Shown: in pieces, positions 35,337-48,037 of the stretch
Numbering within the stretch: the first letter of the stretch is position 1
Layout of the letters: each line of letters opens with the position of its first letter
Position numbers and translations under genes: made by a program
Assembly (NCBI RefSeq): GCF_020745735.1
Contig: NC_083433.1
Location: forward strand, 18,983,363-19,047,362
DNA: 64,000 bases
Reading direction: 5' to 3'
Source of the DNA: Hemiscyllium ocellatum
Lineage: Eukaryota
Notes under the pieces: generated by a model
Seen by the model: the letters and a program-made list of their open reading frames with translations, nothing else
Databases searched by the model: none
Told to the model about the DNA's origin: nothing

Positions 35337-35507
35337 AGCTGAAAATGTGTCGCTGGAAAAGCGCAGCAGGTCAGGCATAAGCCTGAAGAAGGGCTTATGC
35401 CTGAAACGTCGAATCTCCTGTTCCTCGGATGCTGCCTGATCTGCTGCGCTTTTCCAGCAATACATTTTCAGCTCTGATCTCCCGCATCGGCAGACCTCAC
35501 TTTCTCC
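35337..35507. mobile_element. palindromic PLE-hammerhead insertion (family A)
   Basis: Arms 35337-35378 and 35432-35474 plus tail; CTGAAGA..GAAACGTC core in the loop; no clear TSD. Confidence 0.82.
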
Positions 35508-35729
35508 TCGAGGTCAATGAATGTGTCTGACAGTCCATTGATTTGCTATTAATGCTTCTCTTATATTTGTCTCAGTGCAGTGCAGCGTGCCCTGCTGAGT
35601 ATTTCCTGAGCTTTTCTGTACAATTTCCATTAGATACCCTATAGTTTTGTCAAGGGAGACCTCATGTGTGAGTTAACTCCTTGATTTTTTTGGCTTCGGA
35701 AAACCTTGTTTTACATCGATCTTACGTTA

Positions 35730-36316
35730 AAAAATGCACCAGGGATCAAATATCGACAAGTTCAGGGCTGCAAAACGCTGGTGCGGCCACACTTGGAATA
35801 TTGAGTACAGTTCTGGTCCCCATATTTCGGGAAGGATGTGGAAGCATTGGAACAGGTGCAGAGGAGATTGACCAGGATGTTGCCTGGTCTGGAGGGAAGG
35901 TCTTAGGAGGCAAGGCTGAGAGACTTGGGTCTGTTCTCATTGGAAAGAAGAAGACTAAGAGGGGATTTGATAGAGACATACAAGATGATCAGAGGATTAG
36001 ATTGGGTAGACAGTGAAAGTCTTTTTCCTAGATTGATGACAGCTTGTACGAGAGGGCACAACTACAAATTGTGGGGGTGTTAGATTTAAGACAGCTGTCA
36101 GAGGCAGGTTCTTTACGCAGAGAGTGGTAAGGGCGTGGAATGCCCTACTTGCTGATGTAGTCAACTCAGCCGCATTAGGGAGATTTAAACAAGCCTTAGA
36201 TAAGCACATGGATGATTTTGGGATAGTGTAGGGGGACGAGCTGAGAATAGTTCACAGGTCGGCACAACATCGAGGGCCGAAGGGCCTGTACTGTGCTGTA
36301 TTGTTCTATGTTCTAA
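35730..36316 (+). mobile_element. CR1 3' fragment (tgttctatgttcta tail subfamily)
   Basis: LVRPHLEY..W.PYFGKDVEALEQVQRRLTRMLPGL segment. Confidence 0.85.
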
Positions 36317-38631
36317 AGCATAATTTACACTTATTAATGATTCAATTTCATTGTAAGTATATACACAAGAATAAAGTGAGCACTGGTAGATAAATACTGA
36401 AAATGTAAGAAATAAAAGTGGGCCATTCAGTCCATCAAGCCAGCTCTGTCAATAAACAGATTCTGGCTGATAACCTACCTCTATGCCATTTTCCACTTTC
36501 TATTGATCTCTGGCTTGGACCTGCTCAGTGCCTGAGCTTCCACAGTCCTATGGCATATGAATTCTAAATATTTACAATCAGCTGAGAGAAGAAATCTCTA
36601 CTCATTCTAGTCTTAAATGGGACACTCCTGGTTTATTTCGCATCAGCCAGGAGAAGCATCCTATTCACATCTACCCTGTCATACCCTGTCATTATTAAAC
36701 TTTCTCAGTGACACATCTGCTCCACTTTAGATAAACTGTACACAGTGCTGTAGGTGCAGCCTCATCATGACTCAATACAATTGTCGCAAGATAATCCTTG
36801 TTCCTTTTACATCCTTGTTCCTGTACCTCCTTCCCATTTTGTTGAAGCCAACATTCAATTTACTTATTAACTTTCTTGCTTTATCTGTCTGCAATCTTTT
36901 TGTGGCTCATTATGAAAAGTGCCCAGGTTCATTTGATCAGGAATAATTCCCAACGTCTCATCATTTAAGAGAGAGATTCTGCGTTTCTGTTTATATTTCT
37001 ATCAAAGTGGATAATTTCACAATTATTCACTTTATATTCCACCCTGGCATGATCTTGCCCATTCACTCAGCCTGTCTAAATCCCTTGATGCGTCCTTTTT
37101 CTCTCCTCACAGCCCACACTTCCACCCGAGTATTTCTAGAGCTTTTCTGCACCATATCTTTTGGATAACCTATACTTTTGTCAAGGAAGACTTCACGTAC
37201 AAGTCAACCATGATGTTCTTGGCTTAAGAAAACCATGCTGGTTTCGTGTTTGCGGCAAATTTGGAAATATGCCAGTTGATTCCGATATGCAAATCATTGA
37301 TTGGAATTGTGAGCAGATGTGTTCAAAGCACTGATTCTTTTGGTACCCCACTGGTAACAACCGACCATCTTGAGAATAGCCTGTTTATTCCTTTCCTGTC
37401 TATTAACAATTCTCAATCCAGAGTAGTATACTACTCCCAATCCCATGTAGTTCGATTTTGCTTACTAACTTCCTGTTTGGCACTGAGGCAGATATTCCAT
37501 TGTCAAATCACCCTTTATTTACATGTGTACAATACACTAGCTGTAGCCAGCTAGCTCAGAGTCAGTCCCTGAATTGAGGAGATTCTGAATCCCCTGTTTA
37601 TGTGTTTTGCAACCTATTTTCCTAATTTTCAGAGATTTTATTACACAGCTTTGGAGCAGGTGGGACTTGAACCTGGGTCTCTTGGTTAAGAGGGTAAGGT
37701 CACTACCTCTGAATCACAAGAGGGCCCTTAATCGCCTGTTTATGTTGGTCAGCCAGGGCTACCCAGTTGGCCCAGGTTAACAAACCCAGTCAAGGAGGTC
37801 ATGGTAAATAAGGCCCCATGTGGTTCAAATCACTACAGGGACATATCAAGAGCCTTCTGAAAATCCAAACATACCACGTCCACTGTTTCTCCCTTAATTA
37901 TGCTACAAGTAACATCCTCAAACAACTCTAGCAAGTTTGTCAAATTCATTCATAAATCCATCCTTACTCCCCAATCACATTATTTTCTAACTAGTCAGTT
38001 ATCACATACTTTATAATAGATTTACTAACAGATTCTAACATTTCCCTACGACAGATGTTAAATAATAAGTCTGTAATTTTCCACTTATCTGTTCTTCTCT
38101 TCTTAAATAATGGGGTTAAAGTTGCTCCTTTCCAGTCTTTTTGCAGAGTCAAGAGAATTCTGAAAGATTGTCACCAATGCATCCATTATCTCTGTAGCTA
38201 GATCTTCCAATATGCAGGGATGTGGTTTGTACAGTCCAGGTATTTACCAACCTTTAACCCAATTAATCTTTTGATTACTACCTCATTATTAATACTAATT
38301 TCTTTCAGTTCCTCTTTTTCACAAGGCCTTAGTTTCCTTGTATAATGGGAAATTTTCTATATCTTCCTCTAGGAAAGTAGATGCAAAGTAATTGTTTAGT
38401 ATTTCAGAAAAAAGTCCCATTTTGTTGAGTCTTTTCATCTTGCATTCATCAGGACATTTTGCAAGAATACAAATCCAAGAGGTAAGCCAGTATTTTCAGT
38501 GAATGAGAGGAGGATGCTGATTGACAGGCAAATTGACTGTGATTGATAGAGCTGTGCCATGGAGAATGCACTCAATAATGCTGCTGAATGGTTAACAGCT
38601 AGGCTTTGTTTAAATTTTAAACTAAGCAAGG

Positions 38632-38890
38632 ACGGCATGGTGGCTCAGTGGTTAGCATAGCACAAGGGACCTGTGTTCAATTCCTGCCTCGGGTGACTGT
38701 CTGTGTGGGTTTCCTCCCACAATCGGAAGATGTGCACGACAGGTGAATTGGTCATGCTAAATTGCCCATAGTGTTAGGTGCATTAGACAGGGGTAAACAT
38801 AGGGGAATAGGGCTGGGTGGGTTACTCTTGGAGGGTCGGTGTGGACTTGTTGGGCCAAATGGCCTGTTTCCTTACTGTAGGGGATCTAAT
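38632..38890 (+). mobile_element. HE1-type SINE, divergent
   Basis: Head and core similarity. Confidence 0.78.
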
Positions 38891-39329
38891 GTTGGCTCTG
38901 GTAGGTCAGGGCATCCTGAGAAATGAACCAGTGAATGGTTGCCACCTATTTTGTTGAGTTGTAACAGGTGTGGTAAGCATATATGTTTCAACTGTCCATG
39001 AAGAACAGGTCCCTGTTTTTTAATATGTTGCTCCCAGGACATGCAAGTGTGCCACACTGTGAGTCAGACTGACAATCCCAAGTTGGTTGTCAATGTAATT
39101 CTTTGCAATTAATTTTTCTGCCATTTCCCTATTTTCCATCATAAATTCGCCTGCCTCTTCTGATAATGTCTTTGTCTTTGTTAATTTTTTTCATTTCCAC
39201 TTACCTTTAGAATATATTACAGTCTGGCTTTATGTTACTCGCTAGCTTATAATTATATTGTCTTTCTCCTTCCTTTATCCGTCTCTTGAACATCCTTTGT
39301 TGGATTTTAAATTCCTCCCCATGCTCAGG

Positions 39330-39625
39330 ATAGCATGGTGGCTCAGTGGTGAGCACTGCTGCCTCACAATGCCAGGGATCTGGATTTGATTCCAGATTCA
39401 GTGGCTCTCTGTGTGGAGTTTGCATGTTCTCCCCATTTCTGTCGGGTGCTCTGGTCTCCTCCACAGTCCAAAGATGTGTAGGTTAGGTGGACTGACTGTG
39501 CTAAATTACCCAGAATGCACAGGCTGGGTGGATCAGCCATGGGAAATGGAGGGCTGGGTATGGCTGGAATGTTCTTCAGAGGGACGGTATGGGCTGAATG
39601 GTCTGCTTCCACACTGTAGGGATTC
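39330..39625 (+). mobile_element. HE1-related SINE, divergent
   Basis: gcatggtggctcagtggtgagcactgctgcctcac..gtggagtttgcatgttctcc. Confidence 0.7.
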
Positions 39626-39784
39626 TAAGAATCTTATAAGCCATCTCCTTTGATCTAACACAGGCAATTAACTCCTTTATTAGTCATGATTAATTCAACA
39701 AGGAGCCTTGAAGGCATATATATTTATTATGAACCATGTCTCTTTTTATTTTGTTATGATTTATTCAAATTATCTGATTCAGTA

Positions 39785-42112
39785 TGTGAATGTACCTACT
39801 AAAGAAGTTGCGAAACCTGACCTACTCTTGGGAAATAAGGCAGGGCAAGTGACTGAGATATCAGTGCAGGAACACTTTCGATCCAGTGAGTGTAATTCTA
39901 TTAGTTTTAAAATAGTGATGGAAAAAGTTAGACCAGATCTAAAAGTTGAAGTTCTAAATTGGAGAAAGGCCAATTTTGACGGTATTAGGCAAGAACTTTC
40001 AAAAGTTGACTGGGAGCAGATGTTCGCAGGTAAAAGGATGGCTGGAAAATGGGAAGCCTTCAGAAATGAGATAACGAGAGTCCAGAGACAATATATTCCT
40101 GTCAGGGTGAAAGGAAAGGCTGGTAGGCGCAGAGAATGCTGGATGATGAGAGAAGTTGAGGTCTTGGTTAAGAAAAAGAAGGAAGCATATGTCAGGTATA
40201 GACAAGATAGATCGAGTGAATCCTTAGAACAGTATAAAGGCAATAGGAGTTCCCTGAAGAAGGAAATCCTGAGGGCAAAAAGGAGACATGAGATAGCTTT
40301 GGCAAATAGGGTTACGGAGAATCCAAAGGGTTTTTATTAATACAATAAGGACAAAAGGGTAACTAGGGAGAGAATAGGCTCCTCAAAGATCAGCAAGACA
40401 GCCTATGTGTAGAGCCGCAGGAGATGGGAAGATACAAAACAAGGACTTTGCATCAGTGTTTACTGTGGATAAGGACATGGAAGATAGAGAATGTAGGGAA
40501 ATAGATGGTGACATCTTAAAAAAATGTACATATTACAGAGGAGGAAATGCTGGATGTCTTGAAATGCATAAAAATGGATAAATCCCCAGGACCTAATCAG
40601 ATATACCCTAGAACTCCATGGGAAGCTAGGGCAGTGATTGCTGGGCCTCTTACTGAGATATTTGTATCATCGATAGTCACAGGTGAGGTGCTAGAAGACT
40701 GGAGGTTGGCAAAGGTGGTGCCACTGTTTAAGAAAGGAGGCAAGGAAAAGCCAGGGAACTATAGACCAGTGAGCCTGACCTCGGTGGTGGGCAAGTTGTT
40801 GGAGGGAATCCCGAGGGATAGGACTTACATGTATTTGGAAAGACAAGGACTGATTAGGGATAGTCAGCATGACCTTGTGCGTGGGAAATCATTTCTCCCA
40901 AATTTGATTGAATTTTATGAAGAAATAATGAAGAGGAATGATGAGGGCAGAATGGTAGACGTAATCTGTATGGATTTCAGTAAGGCGTTTGACAAGGTTC
41001 CCCAGGGGAGACTGGTTAGCAAGGTTAAATCTCATGGAATACAGGGAGACCTAGCCATTTGGATACAGAACTCGCTCAAAGGGAGAAGACAGAGGGTGGT
41101 GGTGGAGGGTTGTTTTTCAGACTGGAGACCTGTGACCAGTGGAGTACCACAAGGATCGGTGCTTTTTGTGATTCATATAAATGATTTGGATGTGAGCATA
41201 GGAGGTGTAGTTAGTAAGTTGACACCAAAATTGGAGGTATAGTGGACAGTGAGGAAGGTTACCTGAGAAAGTACAACGGGATCTTGATCAGACGGGCCAA
41301 TGGGCCGAAGAGTGACAGATGGAGTTTAATTTAGATAAATGAGAGGTGCTGCATTTTGGAAAGGCAAATCAGGGCAGGACTTATACACTTAATGATAATA
41401 GCCTGGGGAGTATGGCTGAACAAAGAGACCTTGGAGTGCAGGTTCATAGTTCCTTGAAAGTAGAGTTGTAGGTAGATAGGATAGTGAAGTAGGCAATTGG
41501 TATGCTTTGCTTTATTGGTCAGAGTATTGAGTATAGAAATTGGAAGGTTCATGTTTCGGCTGTACAGGACATTAGTTAGGCCTCTTTTGCAATATTGCAT
41601 GCATCTTCTTCCTAGCAGAAGGATGTTGTGAAACATGAAAGGATTCAGAAAAGATTTACAAGATGATGTCCGGGTTGGAGGATTTGAGCTATAGGGAGAG
41701 GCTGAACAGGCTGGGGATGTTTTCCCTGGAGCGTCGGAAGCTCAGGATTGTCCTTTTGGAGGTTTATAAAATCGTGAAGGGCATGGATAGGGTAAATAGA
41801 CAAAGTCTCTTCCCTGGGGTGGGGGAGTCCAGAACCAGAGGACATAGGTTTAGGGTGAGAGGGGAAAGATTTAAAAGGAACCCAAGGGGCAATTTTCTTC
41901 ACGCAGAAGGTGGTACGTGTATGGAATGTGCTGCCAGAGGAAGTGTTGGAGGCTGGTACAATTACAGCATTTAAAAGGCATCTGGATGGGTATATGAATA
42001 GGAAGGGTTTAGAGGGATAAATTGGACTAGATTAGATTGAGATATCTGGGTGAGATGGATGAATTGGACCGAAGGGTCTGTTTTCATGCTGTGCATCTCT
42101 ATGACTCTATGA
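39785..42112 (+). mobile_element. CR1/HER1 LINE, 2.3 kb, 5'-truncated ORF2 pseudogene
   Basis: [58 protein letters not shown]; stops and frameshifts; ctctatgactctatg tail. Confidence 0.95.
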
Positions 42113-43129
42113 TTCTAAGTGATAAGGTTACGATGACAAATCATGCTGTGAGTATAAAATTACTTACTGATAATTATTTGAGATCATCTTTTCCACTGTT
42201 CATTACAGTTTCTTTTGGATTTCCCTTGTGGCTTAAATCAAACATCACATGGAACTATAGGACTTAAGGGAGGAGTAGGCCATTCAGCCCTTTGAGTCTG
42301 CTTTACCATTCAATCACCTGATGGCTAATTTGGCTTTAATCTCAATTTCGCCATGTATCTGTCTAAAAATCAATCTCAAGACTGTTGAACTAAAAATATC
42401 GACTTCACACAAGTCTATATGGTCTGTGGTAATTGTCAAACTTTGCTGTACCCCTAATGTTCAAAATACATTTTTGACTTCTGCATTGAATTGTGTTATG
42501 AGTAAAATTCCAAAGTGTAGTGATTATAACAAGGTCAGCCAGGTGGACCTCCTGGGAAATGAGTTCCCTGCTTGGGACTGTTCAACTAGTCCAATCAGGG
42601 AGTCCTGGCTGACAGATATAAACAGGAGTGTCAGAGGTTCTGTTCACTGTCGGAGCTGGCTCTGAGGAAGCCTGATCAGTGTAAATAAAGGGGGACTTGG
42701 TGATGGGATACCAGTCTCTGTGGGGTTATTTTGCAAAGCAATAGTTACTTTCCTTTTCTCACCACCTATTAAAGCTGTCTGGTCAATGCCTCTCATAATA
42801 AAAGACCGCAAAGAAACAACTGATAAAGACAATTCATGAGTAAGGCAAAAGAAATGACTAGGACTGGACTGCAAATCAAGAATGCGTTTGAACATATCCT
42901 AAAAGATATTTGTCAGGAATTTTGTGTTTGGCTGCAACTCAAAACAAACCAGCTAATTGTTGCAGTCACAAATCGAGTTAAGCTGAGCTGTGACTTTTGT
43001 TCCTTGTTAATCTTTAAACAAAATACTTGAATTTCTTTGAGCTTTCTCCTGCTATGTCTCCTGCAACTTACTTCGTTGATGCAAATCCTGGTTGATCTGT
43101 GTAAATGGAGTTAAGGAGTTATAAAGTCA

Positions 43130-43295
43130 TAGAGTCATAATAAAAACAGACGTTTCAGTCCAACTCGTCTGTGCAAACCAGACATCCCAATCAGACCTAG
43201 CCCCATTTGCCAGCAAAAGACCCATATCCCTCTAAACCCTTCCTATTCATATACCCATCCAGATGCCTTTTAAATGTAATCACATCGCCTCCACT
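43130..43295 (-). mobile_element. CR1 3' fragment
   Basis: agtcatagagtcat tail reverse complement. Confidence 0.75.
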
Positions 43296-43394
43296 TGAAT
43301 CCATTTTCTTCTCATCAGAGGCAAATGTGCTACTAACTGAGCCATCGCCAACACCTATGCCCTTCTCAGTTGCAATTGTGCCACGTAGCATCAC

Positions 43395-43642
43395 TTCCCG
43401 CCTCAGGCGACTGACTGTGTGGAGTTTGCACATTCTCTTCGTGTCTGCGTGGGTTTGCTCCGGTTTCCTCCCACAGTCCAAAGATGTGCAGGTTAGGTGA
43501 ATTGGCCATGCTAAATTGCCCGTAGTGTTAGGTGCAGGGGTAAATGTAGGGGAATGGGTCTGGGTGGGTTGCGCTTGGGCGGGTCGGTGTGGACTTGTTG
43601 GGACGAAGGGCCTGTTTCCACACTGTAAGTAATCTAATCTAA
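43395..43642 (+). mobile_element. HE1-type SINE, 5'-truncated
   Basis: Core and gtaatctaatctaat tail. Confidence 0.88.
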
Positions 43643-43966
43643 TTATGAGGGCTTTGCACTTAATAATATTTGTGCAGTTCGGGTTGTGGATACCAGTTTC
43701 TTTTTAAAGACATCAATGAAAGGATTTCGGAGCATTTTTTAAACAAGGCATTTCTTGGCTATGTTACATATTAGCATTCATTGCAAGAGAATTCGTGTTC
43801 AGTTGATGTTGCATTTGCAGTGAAGTTACAACAGCAAACTGCAAAATAAGGGTGACAAAACCAGTACATCAAATTGTCAAGAAAACTGATTCATTTTTGA
43901 CACAAATCCATTGTCATTAATATTTCAAAATCTTTTGAAATAACAATTCTTTTTACTTTGTCTTAG

Positions 43967-44025
43967 GGGAGCCAGACTGGTGCCTGGGTTGTTTGAGTGT
44001 GGATTGCTTTTGTGTTGGGGAGCAG
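43967..44025 (+). CDS. B7-family gene exon 2, signal peptide (GARLVPGLFECGLLLCWGA)
   Basis: Strong acceptor ttctttttactttgtcttAG, donor CAG|GTAAAT; 59 nt, phase 2 to 1, joins exon 1 to the IgV exon in frame; PGLF resembles the ICOSL leader. Confidence 0.7.
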
Positions 44026-44429
44026 GTAAATTTAAATCTTCATTTCTTAGCAACAACTCACATATCCTTCCATGTTGCCTCCATATCACTGATGTTCTAC
44101 GGGCGTGATTCACTTTCATCTTTATCGATCTTCCGAAATGTGCACTATCCTTGTACAAGCTGCAGTAAACAATCTCTCCAAAGTCCGCATCGATTAATAG
44201 ATGGTAGGAAGTGTGCCTGGGTGCGGTTTTAATCTGAACCCATTTCTTTTCTCAGGGCTAAAGGGATCAAAGGGTGTGGGCAGGAACAAGGTACTGAGTT
44301 GGATGATCAGCTGTGATGGTATTGAATGACAGAGCAGGCTTCAAGGGTTTGCTTCTGCTTCTAACTCCGAAGAAGTTAAACTTTTTTTTTTGATCGCTTA
44401 CAATTCTTCAGCATCACCACAGGATCATC

Positions 44430-44743
44430 GAATCCCTACAGTGCGGAACGAGGCCATTTGATCTATCAAGTTTACATCAACCCTTCTAAGGGCTTTCCCC
44501 CCCAAACCCCTACTTTCTAACCCTGCATTCACCGTGGTTAATCTACCTAGCCTACCCATCCCTGGACACTATAGAAAATTTAGCATGGCCAATCCACCCT
44601 AACCTGCTTATCTTTGGAGGAAACCCATGCAGACACAGGAGGAATGTGCAAACGCCACACAGACGTTTGTCACCCAAGAGTGGAACCGAACCCAGGTCTC
44701 TGGCAATGTGAGGCTGTAGTGCTAACCACTGCGCTCCCATGCC
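44430..44743 (-). mobile_element. HE1-related SINE, divergent
   Basis: tttagcatggccaatcc..tgcaaacgccacacag..gctaaccactgcgc. Confidence 0.75.
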
Positions 44744-44759
44744 CACCTACAGATGCAGC

Positions 44760-44947
44760 TGAAAATGTGTTGCTGGAAAAGCGCAGCAGGTCAGGCAGCA
44801 TCCAAGGAACAGGAAATTCGACGTTTTGGGCATAAGCCCTTCATCAGAAAGCCCTTCCTGTTCCTTGGATGCTGCCCGACCTGCTGCGCTTTAACCAGCA
44901 ACACGTTTTCAGCTCTGATCTCCAGCATCTGCAGACCTCATTTTTTA
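44760..44947. mobile_element. palindromic PLE-hammerhead insertion (family A)
   Basis: Inverted arms plus tail; direct repeat CACCTACAGATGCAGC at 44744-44759 and 44948-44963; minus-strand core has GAAA changed to AAAA. Confidence 0.88.
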
Positions 44948-45174
44948 CACCTACAGATGCAGCCATATTAAAGAAGGATTGGAAGATTATAAACAGTGCT
45001 CTTCATTTCTCCTTTGTTCCCTAAGGATCCTCTTCGTTCTATCTGGTCTTGGTCACTTTTCATTTAAATCGCTTCTAATGCCTCCTGCTTATCAGCCTGT
45101 AATGTTCTCCTCATTATTTATTACTATCATCGGGACAACAGCATTTTCATGTGTTCCTTATTTTTATTCCCCAG

Positions 45175-45516
45175 TTTCCTTGTCAACTCTCACAGTCTCA
45201 GGAATTGTTGGGGAAAGTGCTCTGCTGCCCTGTGTGGATAGCACTATAAAAAACCATGCTCTTGATGAGATACGCGTGTACTGGCAGATGGCTGACCAGT
45301 TAGTCCATGCCTTTCACTCGGGGAAGGAACATGTTTCCCAGGACTACAGCAATAGAGCCAGACTTTTTACAAAGGAATTCAAGCAAGGCAACTTCTCCCT
45401 TCTCCTGTCTGACCTCCGAGTGAGTGACGAAGCTGAATACATCTGCGTAATTCAGATGAAACAGAAGACGGGGTACGATGTGGTTCTATCTGTTTCAGTC
45501 AGTTTGCAAATAGCAG
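45175..45516 (+). CDS. B7-family gene exon 3, IgV domain
   Basis: GESALLPC..VYWQ..YSNRARLF..GNFSLLLSDLRVSDEAEYIC..VSLQIA; acceptor ccccAG, donor G|GTAAAA; 342 nt, phase 1-1. Confidence 0.93.
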
Positions 45517-46229
45517 GTAAAATTTTTCTTTTTTGTTGAGCTGTGTTTTAAAAAGAGGAATGGATAAATGGCTCTTGAGATTTTCTTTGTTTTACATAAG
45601 AGTGAACTTCCTTAATAAGTGTGCTTAATGTGCTGTATATTCTATTTAATAGTTGCATCAATCTTTTTCCCTTAATAGCTCAGCTGTCTTTTGCACAAGG
45701 GTAGATCGTGCAGCACAGAACATCCGGTTGGATTTCTGGCCGTGATGTGCTAAGTTAGAATGAAAATCTGTAATACTCAGCAATTGTTTCCTTTAATTTT
45801 CATTCTGGAAAAGTACATTTCCTGTGTACTGCGCTGCAGTTTTGTGCTCAAGATGTTATAGTGGAACTTATGACTCAGTACCACAATAACCATACCACAG
45901 ATGACATTAAAGAGGCATATGACTGAATTTACAATTTATCCAGTGTTAAACTGTCATATTGTGAATAGCAGTATAGTGGATTCATGATCTGAATTCTTAC
46001 TTTCAAATGTCATCACATTTAACTGAATTTGAATTTGCTTGACCAAACTAGTCTGGAATTAAGTTAAATAGCTAGACTCATTAATGATGACCATGAAACT
46101 GCTGGATTCTTGTTAAAACCCCATTTGGTTCACAAATACATTTTTAGGGAAGGACTTTTCCATTCTTACCTAGTCTGAGCTACATATGACTCCTGACCCA
46201 CATCAATGTGGTTAATATGGAGTCCTAAT

Positions 46230-46575
46230 CTATTGCACGGAAACAGATGCTTCGGTCCAACCAGTCCATGACGAACATAATCCCACACTAAACTAGTCCC
46301 ACCTGCCTGCTCCTGGCCCCTATCCCTCCAAACTTTACCTAGTCATGTGCTTACCCAAATGTCCTTTAAATGTTGTAACTGTACCCACATCCACCACTTC
46401 CTCAGGAAGTTCATTCCACATGTGAACCCTCCACTGTGCAAAACATTTGACCTTCATGTCTTTTTAAAATCTCTCTCCTCTCACCTTAAAGTCTTGAAAT
46501 CCCCACATCCTAGGGGAAATAAAACTACCATTAATCCTATCTATACCCCTCATTATCTTATCAACTTTTATAACA
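46230..46575 (-). mobile_element. CR1 3' fragment
   Basis: ggaaacagatgcttcggtccaacc..cccacctgcc..aaatgttgtaactgtaccc. Confidence 0.8.
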
Positions 46576-47153
46576 TCTTGATTGATCTTTGTAGTGATCA
46601 AGCAGGCCACTGTTTTCTGGAAGGGGACTGACCAGCTTCTTCTCTAGGGCGATAGGAATGGACAATAGATCTTGCCAGTGATGCCCACCTCCCCTGAATG
46701 ATTTTTATTCAGAGAAACAAACTTGTGCCAGCCACTGTTGATGATTGCACTCTCCCCTTGATCTCGATTACGTCCATTCTCCTTTGTTGCCTGTTTTACA
46801 CCAGCTACAGTTGAGACTGACTGGTTTCAGCAGATTACGTTTCTCTCACTTCTAACAGTTAGGCCTCTCCTATCAAGTACAAGGCAATGAGGTGGGCCAG
46901 ACCACTACAACAGGGGTCACTTTGCTCTCAAATATCCCTTCATTTGGGCTCCGCTTGGTTCAAGTGCTAAACTCCGCTCAGTCCTGAATTAATAAACGAA
47001 TCAATCAGAAAACTTAGAGCTAATTCTGGTTAACACTTGTCACTTGGATTTGGAACTCTAGGATGGAGTCATGGTGCTCTACAGCACAAACAAAAAAGGC
47101 CCTTTGGCCCATCAAGTCTGTGCTTGTCAAAAACAAGTACCTAACTATTCTAA

Positions 47154-47366
47154 GCTGAAAATGTGTTGCTGGAAAAGCACAGCAGGTCAGGCAGCATCCA
47201 AGAAACAGGAAATTCGACGTTTCGGGCATGAGCCCTTCTTCAGGAAAGAAGGGCTTATGCCCGAAACATCGAATCTCCTGTTCCTTGGATGCTGCCTGAC
47301 CTGCTGCGCTTTTCCAGCAACACATTTTCAGCTCTGATCTCCAGCATCTGCAGACCTCACTTTCTC
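47154..47366. mobile_element. palindromic PLE-hammerhead insertion (family A)
   Basis: Intact minus-strand core UUC-CUGAAGA-AGGGC-UCAU-GCCC-GAAAC-GUC-GAA at 47213-47246; TSD acctaact(a/g)ttctaa at 47139-47153 and 47367-47381. Confidence 0.88.
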
Positions 47367-47743
47367 ACCTAACTGTTCTAATACCATTTTCCAGCACTTG
47401 GCTCATAGCCTGGTACGTCTTGACATTGCAGCTGCACATTGAAATACTGTTTTAAGTGTTATGAGGATTTCTGCCTCTACCACTCTTACAGTGGTAAGAT
47501 TCCAGATTCCCACCACACGGTGGGTGAAACCCCATCTAAACCTCCTGCCCCTTCCCTATAATCTGTGCTCCCTGATGTCCCCCCAGTACTCCCTGATGAA
47601 GGTACAAAGCACAGATGTTCATTCCAGATTTGCTGATAAGGATGCGCATTGTGTTCATCTCAGCTATGAGAGTGGATTCTATGACTCTTGAATTCTGTAA
47701 CTAACCTCTGTGCATTACTATCCTTTTTGGTTGGTGATTGTAG

Positions 47744-48037
47744 CTCACTATATGGAGCCGGTGTTGAGTGCACAATGTGAGCCGGGTCATGAAGCTCTTG
47801 TGAAGCTACATTGTTCCTCATGGGGTGGCTATCCAGAACCACTTGTATACTGGACTGACGACATCACGAACACCCTTCCTGAAAACAGTACAGTCAAGAA
47901 TGACATTATTTTTTCTCATGGAGGACTGTACAACGTTACCTCCGTCCTCTGGATCCAAGCTACATCATACTCGACATATACCTGCTCTATATACAATCCC
48001 AAACTCCAGAAGAACAAAACTGCAACCTTGCATTGGA
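47744..48037 (+). CDS. B7-family gene exon 4, IgC domain
   Basis: HYMEPVLSA..LHCSSWGGYPEPLVYW..GLYNVTSVL..YTCSIYNPKLQKN; acceptor tgtAG, donor A|GTAAGT; 294 nt, phase 1-1. Confidence 0.93.
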
